This document shows positions 33,469 to 43,179 of a stretch of DNA of 64,000 bases, in pieces. Within the stretch, counting starts at the first letter, position 1. Every line of letters begins with the position of its first letter. Position numbers and translations under genes: made by a program. Under the pieces are notes generated by a model, which was not told where the DNA came from, ran no database searches, and was given only the letters and a program-made list of their open reading frames with translations. Source of the stretch: Myxococcota bacterium (GTDB lineage: Bacteria > Myxococcota_A > UBA796 > UBA2385); assembly GCA_044344255.1 (NCBI GenBank), contig JBIJDH010000011.1, positions 160,001 to 224,000 on the forward strand. Direction: 5' to 3'.

Positions 33469-34197
33469 CTACTCGCAGCTCCGCGCCGCCATCTCGGCGT
33501 CGGCGGGGCGCTCGAGCCGCACCGGGCCGGTCTCTGCCTCCACGCGCTCGATCTCGAAGCTCAGGAGCCCGCCGCCGCACTTCGAGGTCGCGCCTTCCTC
33601 CAACGGCCGCTCGGTGTAGGCGGCGATGACCGTCACGCGCCAGAGGAGACCGTCGATCCAGAGGTCATCGGCCCCGCCAGCGTCGATCACCACCTCACCC
33701 TGATCGGAGGGGAAGACGGGGCTGAGCCAGCGCCGCTCCACGCCGTCCTCCTCCGAGCGGTGGATGTTGTGCATGCGGTAGACGAACTCATCCCCGAACC
33801 GATCGACCACGGCTTCGTTCCGATCGGCTCCCCACAGGGCCCACACGAGGTCTACGTCATCGGAGAGCGCGAGGCCGCTTGGGGCGCCGGTGGCGGAGGG
33901 GGTGACCGAGAGGGTGAGCGCCGTGTCGGCGAAGCGCGAGAGGTCGGTGACCGCGGGGCTGTGGACCTCGAGCGCCCAGGCCTCCTCCTCACCCTCGAGG
34001 GTCAACGACCATTCCCGCTCGGCGCCAGTGACGCGGAGCAGGCCCGACTCCTCCCAAGGCCCCAAGGATGGGTCCACGGTGAAGTCTGCCTCCACGACCG
34101 CCGCCTCGAGCTGCCGCCCCTCGAGGCTGTTGTTGGGGAGACAACCGGTGAAGGGCACGAGGAGGGCGAGCACGACGGGAGGGCGGCGGACGTCCAT
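33469..34197 (-). CDS. Hypothetical lipoprotein
   Basis: Lipobox FTGC after hydrophobic stretch; RBS GGAG; parent of the fragment at 25190-25386. Confidence 0.75.
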   Translation of the reverse strand: MDVRRPPVVLALLVPFTGCLPNNSLEGRQLEAAVVEADFTVDPSLGPWEESGLLRVTGAEREWSLTLEGEEEAWALEVHSPAVTDLSRFADTALTLSVTPSATGAPSGLALSDDVDLVWALWGADRNEAVVDRFGDEFVYRMHNIHRSEEDGVERRWLSPVFPSDQGEVVIDAGGADDLWIDGLLWRVTVIAAYTERPLEEGATSKCGGGLLSFEIERVEAETGPVRLERPADAEMAARSCE

Positions 34198-34408
34198 GGG
34201 AGCTCCAGGCAGGAAGGAACTAGCTCGAGCGAGCCACACCGAAGCACACGACGTGCCAGCGAGCCGTGGTGCAGATCGCCGGAGAGCGCCCGCGGTCTGT
34301 GGAGCAGAACCCTGACATCGCTGTCCCGCTGGCGCGGCTCGGGCCGGCATCGAATGGCATCCCCGCCCTGCCGTCGACCGGCTACACCCGGAAGGTAGAA
34401 GGCAGCCC

Positions 34409-35173
34409 ATGACCGCCCTGATCCTCCTCGCGCTCTCGCTCCTACCCCCCGCCCACGCCGAGACCGAGCCGGAGGCCGCCGCCGCCGAGCACAAGCGCCC
34501 GCCGTCCCAAGGTCAGGGGGAGAAAGGGCAGAAGGGCAAGGGGGGCAAGCACGGCAAGAAGGGCAAGAAGGGCAAGCCCGCCGAGCCCGAGTGGAAGAAG
34601 GAGGTCTACGCGGCCCCCTCGGCCGGCCTGACCACCTGGAATGACGGCACGAACACCACCACGGCCGCCAGCGTCGGCGCCGAGGCGGGGGTCCACTACT
34701 GGCAGGTCCACAAGCCCCTGCCCCGCTGGCAGGGGACCACCCGGGTGGCCGGCGACTACATCATGGGGAGCAACAACGTCTCGGGCTACGACGTGCGGCT
34801 CGGCAGCTTCATCGGCCCTTCCTGGAAGTACGCCGGCATCCAATTCGGCCCCGACGTCTACCACAACCAGTACCGCTACGGCACCACCGAGCTGCCCCCC
34901 ACCACCGGCGTCTCCGTGCCGGTCACCGCCACCGGCTGGTTCGACCCGGTCACCGTCTACGCCGGCATCGCGCCCTCCTGGTTCCTCTCCTCGGAGCGCG
35001 AATCGGTCAACTGGGGCGAGGCCGACTCGCTCGGCTTCGGCGACGAGTTCTCCATCCGCGCCGGGGCCTCGCTGCGGGTGGACAAGCTCCGCGTCGGGGT
35101 CGACTTCGTCCGCACCGAGACGGCCTACGGCACCCAGCAGGGATATGGCCTGAACATGGGCTACAATCGGTGA
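34409..35173 (+). CDS. Exported protein, probable small outer-membrane beta-barrel
   Basis: Signal peptide AHA-E, Lys/Gly-rich linker, beta-strand pattern ending YGLNMGYNR. Confidence 0.7.
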   Translation: MTALILLALSLLPPAHAETEPEAAAAEHKRPPSQGQGEKGQKGKGGKHGKKGKKGKPAEPEWKKEVYAAPSAGLTTWNDGTNTTTAASVGAEAGVHYWQVHKPLPRWQGTTRVAGDYIMGSNNVSGYDVRLGSFIGPSWKYAGIQFGPDVYHNQYRYGTTELPPTTGVSVPVTATGWFDPVTVYAGIAPSWFLSSERESVNWGEADSLGFGDEFSIRAGASLRVDKLRVGVDFVRTETAYGTQQGYGLNMGYNR

Positions 35174-36450
35174 TCACGGGGCCGAACCCCTCCAGGCGCC
35201 GCCTCCGACGGGCGCGCTGGCTCGGCCACGCGCTCGGGCTCGCCTTCGGGTTCGCCTTCGGGCTCGGGCTCTCGCCGCTCGGGGCGTCGGTCGCGGAGGC
35301 GCACGGAGACCAATTCGGCGCCGCGCAGCTCTCGGTGAACCCCGACGACACCGCTGAGCTCTGGGCCCTCATCCCCAGCTTCGGCCTCGTTCACAGCCGG
35401 GACGGCGGCGCCGCCTGGGCCTGGACCTGCCTCGCCGGCTTCGACACCACCCGCGCCTACGCGGTGCTCTCGGTCGGCTCCGGCTTCGCGCTCGTGACCA
35501 CCACCGACGGGGTGGTCCGGGTCGGGGAGGACTGCGAGCACACCCTGCTCGAGGGCATCCCCGGCTTCGGGGGCCCGCTGGCCCGCGACGGCGACGAGGC
35601 CCTCGTGGGCGTGAGCGGCACCGAGCAGGGCGGGGTCTACCGTTGCACGGGGAACCTCTGCGCCCCCACCCAGCTCCAAGGCCCACAGCTCTTCGTGAAG
35701 TCGCTGCTGGCCACCGATCGCGGCTTCCTCGCCACCGTCGTCGAGGGGGAGAGCTTCGCCGCCACCCTCTGGTCGAGCCCCGACGGCGACCGCTGGACCG
35801 CCCTCGCCGGCTGGCCGGACGGGAGCCTCGATCCCACCCTCTTCTTCGCCCGCGAGGACACCGTCCTGCTCTGGGCCCACCCCCGAGACGAGGGTGGCCA
35901 GCCCGCCCTGCTGCGCAGCGACGATGGCGGCCTCCACTTCAGCGAGGTCTACTCCACCGGAAGCTCATCGGACCCCGTCGCCGGCTTCGCGGCGGTGGAC
36001 GGCGGCGAGACCCTCCTGCTCGGCCCCGGCGCCGGCCAGACCCTCCGCTCCACCGACGACGGGCGGAGCTGGTCCGACGTCTCCGGCGAGGCCCCCGAGG
36101 TGGTCTGCGGGGAGAGCGTCGGCGACGAGACGTGGATCTGCACCGACCACGTCCAGGACGGCGTCTCCATCATGGTCACCGAGGACGCCCGCACCTACGT
36201 GCCCGTCGCCTGCCTCGAGGAGGCCACCCCCGCCGCCTGCGCCGAGGCCACCTGCGAAGACCAGCTGCTGGCCTACACCTACTCCGCCATCTCCGGTGGA
36301 GGCCGCTGTGACATCATCCTCCGCCCCGATCCGCCCGACGAGGGCTCGGACGGCTGCGGGGGCCGGGCCTCCCTCCTCCTTTGGCCGATCGGGCTCTGGC
36401 TGCGCGCCCTCCGCCGCCCCCGCCGCGACGACCGCCGCCCCTCCGCTTGA
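35170..36450 (+). CDS. BNR/Asp-box beta-propeller protein with MYXO-CTERM-like tail
   Basis: Asp-boxes SRDGGAAW, SDDGGLHF, STDDGRSW; GCGG plus hydrophobic plus Arg-rich end. Confidence 0.75.
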   Translation: MITGPNPSRRRLRRARWLGHALGLAFGFAFGLGLSPLGASVAEAHGDQFGAAQLSVNPDDTAELWALIPSFGLVHSRDGGAAWAWTCLAGFDTTRAYAVLSVGSGFALVTTTDGVVRVGEDCEHTLLEGIPGFGGPLARDGDEALVGVSGTEQGGVYRCTGNLCAPTQLQGPQLFVKSLLATDRGFLATVVEGESFAATLWSSPDGDRWTALAGWPDGSLDPTLFFAREDTVLLWAHPRDEGGQPALLRSDDGGLHFSEVYSTGSSSDPVAGFAAVDGGETLLLGPGAGQTLRSTDDGRSWSDVSGEAPEVVCGESVGDETWICTDHVQDGVSIMVTEDARTYVPVACLEEATPAACAEATCEDQLLAYTYSAISGGGRCDIILRPDPPDEGSDGCGGRASLLLWPIGLWLRALRRPRRDDRRPSA

Positions 36451-36456
36451 GGCACC

Positions 36457-36885
36457 ATGGCCCGCACGCGCCCCCCCCTCTCCCGGACACCCTCCGCGCG
36501 CGCCCTGTGCGCCGCGCTCCTCGCGCTCGGCTGCGCTGACCGCGGAGACAGCGGAGCCGGCGACGCCACCGTCACCCTCCGGAGCCCCGAGGCCGACGCC
36601 ACCGTCTGCGGCGCGCCCCTGCACGTCGAGGTCGATGTCCGTGGCTTTCGCCTCGTCCCCCCCGTGTCCGACCCCGAGGACGCCGAGGCGGGGACCGGCC
36701 ACGTCGACGTGATGCTGAACGGACAGGACGCCGACATGATCTGGGCGGAGACCACCGACATCGAGGGGGTGGCCGACGGGCTCTACCAGCTCAAGGTCGA
36801 GCTCTCCAACGCCGACCACACGCCCATCACCCCCTACGCCGGCGACCTCATCTACATCACCGTCGACGACGGTCTCTGTCCCTGA
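36457..36885 (+). CDS. Small lipoprotein, Ig-like, possibly metal-binding
   Basis: Lipobox ALGC; GHVDV.LNG and VEL.NADHTP motifs. Confidence 0.65.
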   Translation: MARTRPPLSRTPSARALCAALLALGCADRGDSGAGDATVTLRSPEADATVCGAPLHVEVDVRGFRLVPPVSDPEDAEAGTGHVDVMLNGQDADMIWAETTDIEGVADGLYQLKVELSNADHTPITPYAGDLIYITVDDGLCP

Positions 36886-36907
36886 CCGTGGCTGTCCCTG
36901 ACCGCGG
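36876..36907. repeat. 16-bp tandem duplication (CTGTCCCTGACCGYGG) across a stop codon
   Basis: Read directly; spans TGA at 36883-36885. Confidence 0.8.
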
Positions 36908-36999
36908 ACCCGGGCGGACGAGGGCAGAGACTTCACAGGATTTGGTTTTCCGGCTGGTAAGGACCGTGGTAGGCTCCCGCTCGACCCGCGGAGCCCGCC

Positions 37000-37515
37000 T
37001 TGACCCGATTCAGCACCCCCACCTGCGCCGCCTTGGCCCTGACCTTCGCCATCGCGGCCTGCTCCAAGAGCGGGGGCGACAGCGGCGGCGACGCCGGTGG
37101 GGATGACGGCGCGGCCGCCACCACCGGCAAGCTGAGCTTCCGCTTCGCGATCGACGAGAACCAGGCCGCCGTCATGGCCGAGCCCCCCTCCGGCACCTTC
37201 TACGGCGGCATCTTCGTCGAGGCCGACGTCACGCCGGTCGGGACCGTCGAGGGCGCGGTGGCCCTCGAGACCTTCGCGGTCGAGGTCGCCCTCACGATGG
37301 ACGGCACGCCCACCGAGGCGCTGCACACCACGGGCGACTTGCCGGTCGGAAAGCTGTACATGATCGGCTTCCTGGACAGCGACGGCAACTCCCCGGCCGA
37401 GACGGCCCCCGACTCCGGCGATCCCGTCACCGCCCCCGGCTACGACGATCGCTTCGAGGTCGTCGGCGGTGAGATCACGGAGTGCGACGTGCTCCTCGAC
37501 CTGCTGATGCCCTGA
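37000..37515 (+). CDS. Hypothetical lipoprotein
   Basis: TTG start with GGAG RBS; lipobox IAAC; FLDSDGN motif. Confidence 0.7.
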   Translation: MTRFSTPTCAALALTFAIAACSKSGGDSGGDAGGDDGAAATTGKLSFRFAIDENQAAVMAEPPSGTFYGGIFVEADVTPVGTVEGAVALETFAVEVALTMDGTPTEALHTTGDLPVGKLYMIGFLDSDGNSPAETAPDSGDPVTAPGYDDRFEVVGGEITECDVLLDLLMP

Positions 37516-37544
37516 AGGGATGCCCTGAAGGGATGTCCTGAAGG
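37506..37544. repeat. 13-bp tandem repeat (GATGCCCTGAAGG) x3 across a stop codon
   Basis: Read directly; spans TGA at 37513-37515. Confidence 0.85.
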
Positions 37545-37595
37545 CCACCCCTCGGTCCACGCCCCCGCTTCTTTGAATCGCGCCCCGGAGCACCC

Positions 37596-38564
37596 ATGAG
37601 CCGCCTCACCGCCCTCGCCCTTCCAGCCGCCCTCCTGCTCGCGTGTGGGGCCGATCCCGCCGACAGCGCCGACGCGCTCAACGCCACCGACCTCCGCTTC
37701 GACGTGCCGGCCATGCCGACGGGCGGCCTCCAGTGGGTGATGCCCGAGGCCTTGATCGAGCCCTACACCGACACCATGGCCTGCTACGTCGACAGCTACC
37801 AGGGTGAGACGGTGGGCGTCAGCGCCATCGAGACCTACCAGGCGCAGGGCTACGGCCACCACGTGCTCTTCTGGACGGGCGAGGTCGACCCCGACCTCTA
37901 CCCCGACGGCTCGGTCTTCGATTGCACCGACCCCCGCACCATGTCGGCCTTCCTGCCCTTCTTCATCGTGCAGCCCGACCGCGAGGCCGATGGCGCGACC
38001 ATCGCGTCGGCCAAGCTCCCCGAAGGGATGGGCATCGGCCTCGACTCCGGCACCCGCTTCATCATCCAGATGCACTACCTCAACACCACCGGCGAGACGC
38101 TGCGCGTCCGCGACGTGGTGAACTTCTCGGTGATGCCGGAGTCGTCGGTGGAGGTCTGGGCCGCGCCCTGGGGCCACGGCATCACGAGCATGCCCCTGCC
38201 GCCCGGCGAGGAGACCACCATCGCCTTTGACTGCGACTGGCCCTCCGACGTCAACCTCCTCAACGTCTTCGGTCACATGCACCAGTACGGGACGAAGCTC
38301 AGCCTCGACCACACGAACGAGGCCGGCACCTCCCGCCTGTACGACGTCCCCACCTGGACGGCCGAGTACCGCGACACGCCCCCCGCCACCAACTTCGACC
38401 TGCCCGGCTACCCGGTGAAGGCGGGCGACGTGTTCCGCACCTCCTGCACCTGGTTCAACGACACCGACCGCACCCTCGACTACCCCGACGAGATGTGCGC
38501 CACGACGGGCATCGCCTACCCCTCCCGGGTCTCGATGTACTGCAACCCGCGGCCGGTCGAATAG
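37596..38564 (+). CDS. Copper type II ascorbate-dependent monooxygenase-like lipoprotein
   Basis: Lipobox LLAC; Cu ligand motifs HH, QMHY, GHMH, DEMC. Confidence 0.82.
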   Translation: MSRLTALALPAALLLACGADPADSADALNATDLRFDVPAMPTGGLQWVMPEALIEPYTDTMACYVDSYQGETVGVSAIETYQAQGYGHHVLFWTGEVDPDLYPDGSVFDCTDPRTMSAFLPFFIVQPDREADGATIASAKLPEGMGIGLDSGTRFIIQMHYLNTTGETLRVRDVVNFSVMPESSVEVWAAPWGHGITSMPLPPGEETTIAFDCDWPSDVNLLNVFGHMHQYGTKLSLDHTNEAGTSRLYDVPTWTAEYRDTPPATNFDLPGYPVKAGDVFRTSCTWFNDTDRTLDYPDEMCATTGIAYPSRVSMYCNPRPVE

Positions 38565-38603
38565 GCCACGCGGCCGGACAGGCGGGGCCCTTCGACGTGT
38601 CGC

Positions 38604-39224
38604 TCAGCGCTGGAGGATGCCCGCCTTGACCATGCGGACAGCCTCGCGGAGGCGGCGCCGGCGCCAGGCCTCGGCGTCCACCCCCGGCGGCCAGGCGTCC
38701 GGCCCCTGGTGGAGCAGGGCGATGGTGCCGAGCAGCAGGGTGCCGACCCCGATGAGGAAGGCCTCCGGGTCAGCCGCGGGGTCAAAGAGGCCCTCCCGCT
38801 GCCGGAGCCGGAGGAAGTCAGCGCCCACCTGCATCCAGGGGCGGACGTCGCTCGTCACCCGCGCGCCGAGGGGGGAGCCCTCGGTGACGAGGTCGAGCAG
38901 GGCGACCCGCGCGATGTCAGCGTGGAGCGTGAGGAAGGTGATGAGCTCCTCGACGGCGGTGTCGACGCGGTCACCGTCGCTCGAGATGATGTCGAGCACG
39001 CGCGGCAGCACCTCGCCCCACACGCGCCCCATCTGCTCGACCACCGACCGGCGGAGCTCCTCCTTGGAGGGGAAGTGGTAGAGCAGGAGCTGCTTGCTGA
39101 TGCCCACGGCCTCGGCCACCTGCTGGACCGTGGTGCCCGAGAAGCCCTGCTGCGCGAAGAGCCGCAGCGCAGCAGCCCGAATCTGCTCTCGCAGCGCCTC
39201 TGTGTCATGTCGCCGAGTGATCAA
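38604..39224 (-). CDS. TetR/AcrR-family transcriptional regulator
   Basis: AALRLFAQQGFSGTTVQQVAEAVGISKQLLLYHFPSKEEL; start uncertain. Confidence 0.92.
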   Translation of the reverse strand: MITRRHDTEALREQIRAAALRLFAQQGFSGTTVQQVAEAVGISKQLLLYHFPSKEELRRSVVEQMGRVWGEVLPRVLDIISSDGDRVDTAVEELITFLTLHADIARVALLDLVTEGSPLGARVTSDVRPWMQVGADFLRLRQREGLFDPAADPEAFLIGVGTLLLGTIALLHQGPDAWPPGVDAEAWRRRRLREAVRMVKAGILQR

Positions 39225-39306
39225 GCCGACCCCTTCCGGCCTCGGAGGTAACCCGCCTCCTCCCAACCCTCACCTCGCCGGCCTGCGCGGGGTCAGCCGA
39301 GCGGGC

Positions 39307-39858
39307 TCAGAGGCACTTGTAGAGGATGGGGTCCTCCCCGAGCTCCACGTCGAAGGGGAAGGTGTCCGAGGGGGCGTCGTCCATGAAGAAGAGGCCGTGG
39401 ATCACGGTCCCGGCGACGGTGCCCTCGATCGTGGCGGCGTAGACCGGCGGATCCATGCCGGTGTCGGGCACCGGGCCCCCCTCTCGCACGAGGGCGATGG
39501 AGAGGGTGAGCGCACCCGCCTCGCCGAGCGTGATCGGGCCGGCCACGTCTCCGTGGGCGCAGTCCCCCTCGAGGAAGGCCGACGCGTCGTCGTCCACGCG
39601 GAGCATCCAGTGCTCGCCGCCCCAGGTGCCCGCGGGGAGGGTGGTGTCGGCGTCACTGTCGGCGTCGCTGTCGGCGTCGCTGTCCCCATCTGCGTCGCTG
39701 TCGGCGTCGGCGTCGGTGTCCGCGTCCGCCTCACCGTCCGGGTCACCGTCCTTGGCCTCCGGCGCGCAGGAGAGGAGGCCGAGACCGAGACCAAGGCCGA
39801 GGAACCCCGAGAGGGCCAGGGGCCCGGCGCGCCAGGGATGGCCGTGGGACAGGTTCAT
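39307..39858 (-). CDS. Hypothetical lipoprotein with DADSDA acidic linker
   Basis: Lipobox LLSC; GTWGGEH..DCAHG domain. Confidence 0.7.
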   Translation of the reverse strand: MNLSHGHPWRAGPLALSGFLGLGLGLGLLSCAPEAKDGDPDGEADADTDADADSDADGDSDADSDADSDADTTLPAGTWGGEHWMLRVDDDASAFLEGDCAHGDVAGPITLGEAGALTLSIALVREGGPVPDTGMDPPVYAATIEGTVAGTVIHGLFFMDDAPSDTFPFDVELGEDPILYKCL

Positions 39859-39913
39859 GAGGGACCTCCGAGAGGGGACATCTGCACGGCGCCACACCCC
39901 CGCGGGAGCGAGG

Positions 39914-40579
39914 TCACTGGACGTACAGGGTGCCGAACCAACTGTTGGTCATGTAGTAATAAACACCATATCCGTAGGGATCATAGGTGAGCGAAAGCTG
40001 GTCGATGTAGCCGGACGAGAAGCTGACGGCGGTCCCATCGTCGTAGGCGTACCAGAGCGGCACCCATTGGGCCCCGTAGGAGTAGTAATACCAGAGGATC
40101 TCGTAGCTGCCGTAGTAGTCGGCGTCATAGCCGAAGGCGTAGAAAGTGTCGCCGCCGCCACAGCCACCGGGGTCGGTGGAGCCGGACTCGTCGTAGTCGA
40201 GGGCGATCTCGAAGGCCCACTCGCAGTCCGCGCAGGTGTAGGTGGGTGAGGTCGAGCTCAGGCTCCAGTAGAGGGCGCAGTCATAGTCGTAGGGGACCGG
40301 GGAGGAGCCCTGCAGGTAGGTCATCCAGCCCCACAGCTCGGTATACTCGCCTTCACCCTCGCCTTCGCCTTCACCCTCGCCCTCGCCTTCACCTTCGCCC
40401 TCACCTTCACCCTCGCCCTCGCCTTCCCCACCATCGCCGCCGTCCGATCCGTCGGAGCCGTCCGTGCCATCGGAGCCGTCCGCATCCTCCCCCTCCTGCC
40501 CACCGTCAAAGGCGGCCTTCTCGAAGAGGTGACAGGCCGGGAGCGCCAAGCTCAGCCAGATCCAAGAGATTGGACGCAT
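39914..40579 (-). CDS. Hypothetical lipoprotein with (GE)n linker and Tyr-rich domain
   Basis: Lipobox LPAC; DGSDG and GEGEGE repeats; C.DC.WAF motif. Confidence 0.75.
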   Translation of the reverse strand: MRPISWIWLSLALPACHLFEKAAFDGGQEGEDADGSDGTDGSDGSDGGDGGEGEGEGEGEGEGEGEGEGEGEGEGEGEYTELWGWMTYLQGSSPVPYDYDCALYWSLSSTSPTYTCADCEWAFEIALDYDESGSTDPGGCGGGDTFYAFGYDADYYGSYEILWYYYSYGAQWVPLWYAYDDGTAVSFSSGYIDQLSLTYDPYGYGVYYYMTNSWFGTLYVQ

Positions 40580-40602
40580 ACCGGACTCCGTGGCGCCGAA
40601 GC

Positions 40603-41142
40603 TCAGGATCCGACCCGGACCAGCGAGAAGGGCCCACCCGCACCGTAGTAGGTGCAGCGACCCTCCATCGCATCATCCCCGAGCATCGCCCCGCCCGCCG
40701 TGATGTTGATCATGATCGAGCCGGAGTCGCAGACGAAGCGGAGGCTGATGTCGGGGTCGGTGTAGCGCCCCACCACCCGCCCGGTGCAGGCGTAGGTGTA
40801 GCCGTAGGAGTCGAAGGTCAGCCGCATGTCGCCGGTGATCGCGCCGTCGGTGACATCATTGACCGTCGCGAAGAGGTTGAGCGTGATCGCGTAGGCGGTC
40901 AGCTCACAGCTCCCTTGCCAGTCACCGAGCAGCTCTTCCGGGTTGGCGTTGCCGCTGTCGGTGCCGGGGGTGTCGGTGTCTACGCCCTTACACTGACCAT
41001 AGAGGCACTCGCTCTGCGGCGCGTCCTCTTCGTCGTCTCGCGGATCTCGAGCGCCATGCCAGCAGGAGACCGACAGCAGCGCGGCCACGGCGACGAAGGC
41101 CGAGCGGGCCGCGACGATGGGGGTTTGATTGGCTGCAGTCAT
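40603..41142 (-). CDS. Hypothetical lipoprotein
   Basis: Hydrophobic signal then SVSC; beta-rich domain. Confidence 0.6.
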   Translation of the reverse strand: MTAANQTPIVAARSAFVAVAALLSVSCWHGARDPRDDEEDAPQSECLYGQCKGVDTDTPGTDSGNANPEELLGDWQGSCELTAYAITLNLFATVNDVTDGAITGDMRLTFDSYGYTYACTGRVVGRYTDPDISLRFVCDSGSIMINITAGGAMLGDDAMEGRCTYYGAGGPFSLVRVGS

Positions 41143-41215
41143 GGGCCCGAACGCTCCGCCTCGAGGATCATCCCAGCGTAGCCGATACCGAGCCGGGCCG
41201 CCTCGCCCGCCTCGC

Positions 41216-41728
41216 TCAGCCGCAGTCGAGGGTGTCGCCGCAGACGGCGGTGACGAACGAGCCGGCGACGACGTTCGCGTCATCAAAGGTGAGCTCGTAC
41301 TGGCCGCGGAGCTCGCTGCTGTTGGCGCTCGTGATCGTCAGCTCGATCAGGGCCGCGTACAGGGGCTCGGTGAGGTCACCCCCGGGGAAGAGCAGGGCTT
41401 CTCCGTACCCATCAGCCATGCCGAAGCTGTACATCGCGCCGGTGGTGGGCGGGATCTCCTCCTCCTGCCAGAGCGAGATCCGGATCCAGTCGTGGGCGGG
41501 GGGCGCCGCGTCGCAGACGCTGGAGTCGAGGCCGATGAGGATGTCCCAGCCCGCGGTGTCGAAGGGGCTGCAGGACGCGGAGGTGGTGCCGTCCTCAGAG
41601 CCGCCACCCCCGCCCCCGCCGTCGTCGAGCTTGCCCACGCCGACGCCGGTGTCGCCGGTGAGGTGGCAGCCGCCCAGGAGGCTGGCCGACACGAAGACGA
41701 GCGGGCGAAGAGACACGAACATCAGCAC
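41216..41728 (-). CDS. Hypothetical lipoprotein
   Basis: Lipobox LGGC; overlaps the gatA stop. Confidence 0.6.
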   Translation of the reverse strand: MLMFVSLRPLVFVSASLLGGCHLTGDTGVGVGKLDDGGGGGGGSEDGTTSASCSPFDTAGWDILIGLDSSVCDAAPPAHDWIRISLWQEEEIPPTTGAMYSFGMADGYGEALLFPGGDLTEPLYAALIELTITSANSSELRGQYELTFDDANVVAGSFVTAVCGDTLDCG

Positions 41729-43179
41729 CTCGGTGAGATGAACCCCGGGGAGGACCGCGGAGAGAAGAGCCCGCGGTCTGCCTCGATGGCAGCGGCGAGC
41801 GCGAAGGCCGTCCCCTCTTCGAATCGGCGGGCCCAGAGCTGCGCCCCGACCGGGAGCCCCTCGGAGAGGCCGGCCGGCACGCTCAAGGCGACGTGACCGG
41901 TGAGGGAGGCCGGGGCGGTGAAGATGTCGGAGAGGTACATCGACAGGGGGTCGGTCATCCGCTCCCCGAGGCGGAAGGCCACGGTGGGGGAGGTGGGGGT
42001 GAGCAGGGCGTCGACCCGGGTGAAGACCGCGTCGAGCTCAGCCGACATCCGCTCCCGGACCCCCTGGGCGCGCTGGTAGTAGGCCTCGGCGTAGCCGGCT
42101 GAGAGCACGAAGGTGCCGAGCAGGATGCGCCGCTGGACCTCCGCGCCGAAGCGGGCAGAGCGGGTGCGGATGTAGAGCTCTGCGAGCTCGTCGGCCTCCT
42201 CCCGCGGTCCGTAGCGGACGCCGTCGAAGCGGGCGAGGTTGCTCGAGGCCTCGGCCCCGGTGACCACCTGGTACACCGCGATGGCGAGGGGCAGCGAGGG
42301 GACCGACACCGCCTGCACCCGGGCGCCCTGCGCCCGCAGGGCCTCCACCGCCGCCTCCACCGCCGCGCGGACGCCGGGCTCGATGCCCTCGCCCCAGCAC
42401 TCGACGGGCAGGCCGATCCGGAGGCCGGCGACGGGGCGCTCGCAGGCGGCGAGCAGGCCGGCGGGGTCGAGCCGCGCGGTGGTGCCATCGCGCGGGTCAA
42501 CCCCAGAGATGACCTCGGTGAGCAGCGCACAGTCGCGGACCGTGCTCCCGAAGGGGCCCAGCTGATCGGTGGAGGAGGCGAAGGCCACGAGGCCCGACCG
42601 GCTGATCCGCCCGTACGTGGGCTTGAGGCCGACCACCCCGCAGAGGCTGGCAGGCTGCCGCACCGATCCCCCCGTCTCCGAGCCGAGGGCGATCGGACAG
42701 ACCTGAGCCGCCACCGCCACCGCCGAGCCCCCCGATGAGCCGCCCGGGACCCTGGACGGATCCCATGGGTTCTTCGCCGGAAAGTAGGCGGAGTTCTCCG
42801 TGGAGGAGCCCATGGCGAACTCGTCCATGTTGGTGCGCCCGATCGGCACCGCGCCGGCCGCCCGCAAGCGAGACACGGCGGTGGCCGTGTAGGGGGCGCG
42901 GTAGCCCTCGAGCATCCGGGAGGCGCAGCCAAGGGGCTCGCCGGCGTCGGCGATGTTGTCCTTGAGGGCGACCGGCACCCCTGCGAGGGGGCCGGGATCA
43001 CGCCCTGCGACCACGAGGGCGTCTACCGCCTGCGCGTCGGCCAGGGCGCGCTCGGCCTGGAGGTGCAGGAAGGCGCCGAGCCCAGCGGCGGCCTCGGCCC
43101 GAGCCAGGGCCTCCGTGACCACCGACACTGCGCTCCGCTCACCGGCGCGCACCGCGGCGGCGAGGGTCAGGGCGCTCAC
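41722..43179 (-). CDS. gatA: Asp-tRNA(Asn)/Glu-tRNA(Gln) amidotransferase subunit A
   Basis: KDN, NMDEFAMGSSTE, GGSSGGSA, GSETGGSVRQPA, EASSNLARFDGVRYG, FG.EV.RRILLGT. Confidence 0.96.
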   Translation of the reverse strand: MSALTLAAAVRAGERSAVSVVTEALARAEAAAGLGAFLHLQAERALADAQAVDALVVAGRDPGPLAGVPVALKDNIADAGEPLGCASRMLEGYRAPYTATAVSRLRAAGAVPIGRTNMDEFAMGSSTENSAYFPAKNPWDPSRVPGGSSGGSAVAVAAQVCPIALGSETGGSVRQPASLCGVVGLKPTYGRISRSGLVAFASSTDQLGPFGSTVRDCALLTEVISGVDPRDGTTARLDPAGLLAACERPVAGLRIGLPVECWGEGIEPGVRAAVEAAVEALRAQGARVQAVSVPSLPLAIAVYQVVTGAEASSNLARFDGVRYGPREEADELAELYIRTRSARFGAEVQRRILLGTFVLSAGYAEAYYQRAQGVRERMSAELDAVFTRVDALLTPTSPTVAFRLGERMTDPLSMYLSDIFTAPASLTGHVALSVPAGLSEGLPVGAQLWARRFEEGTAFALAAAIEADRGLFSPRSSPGFISPRC

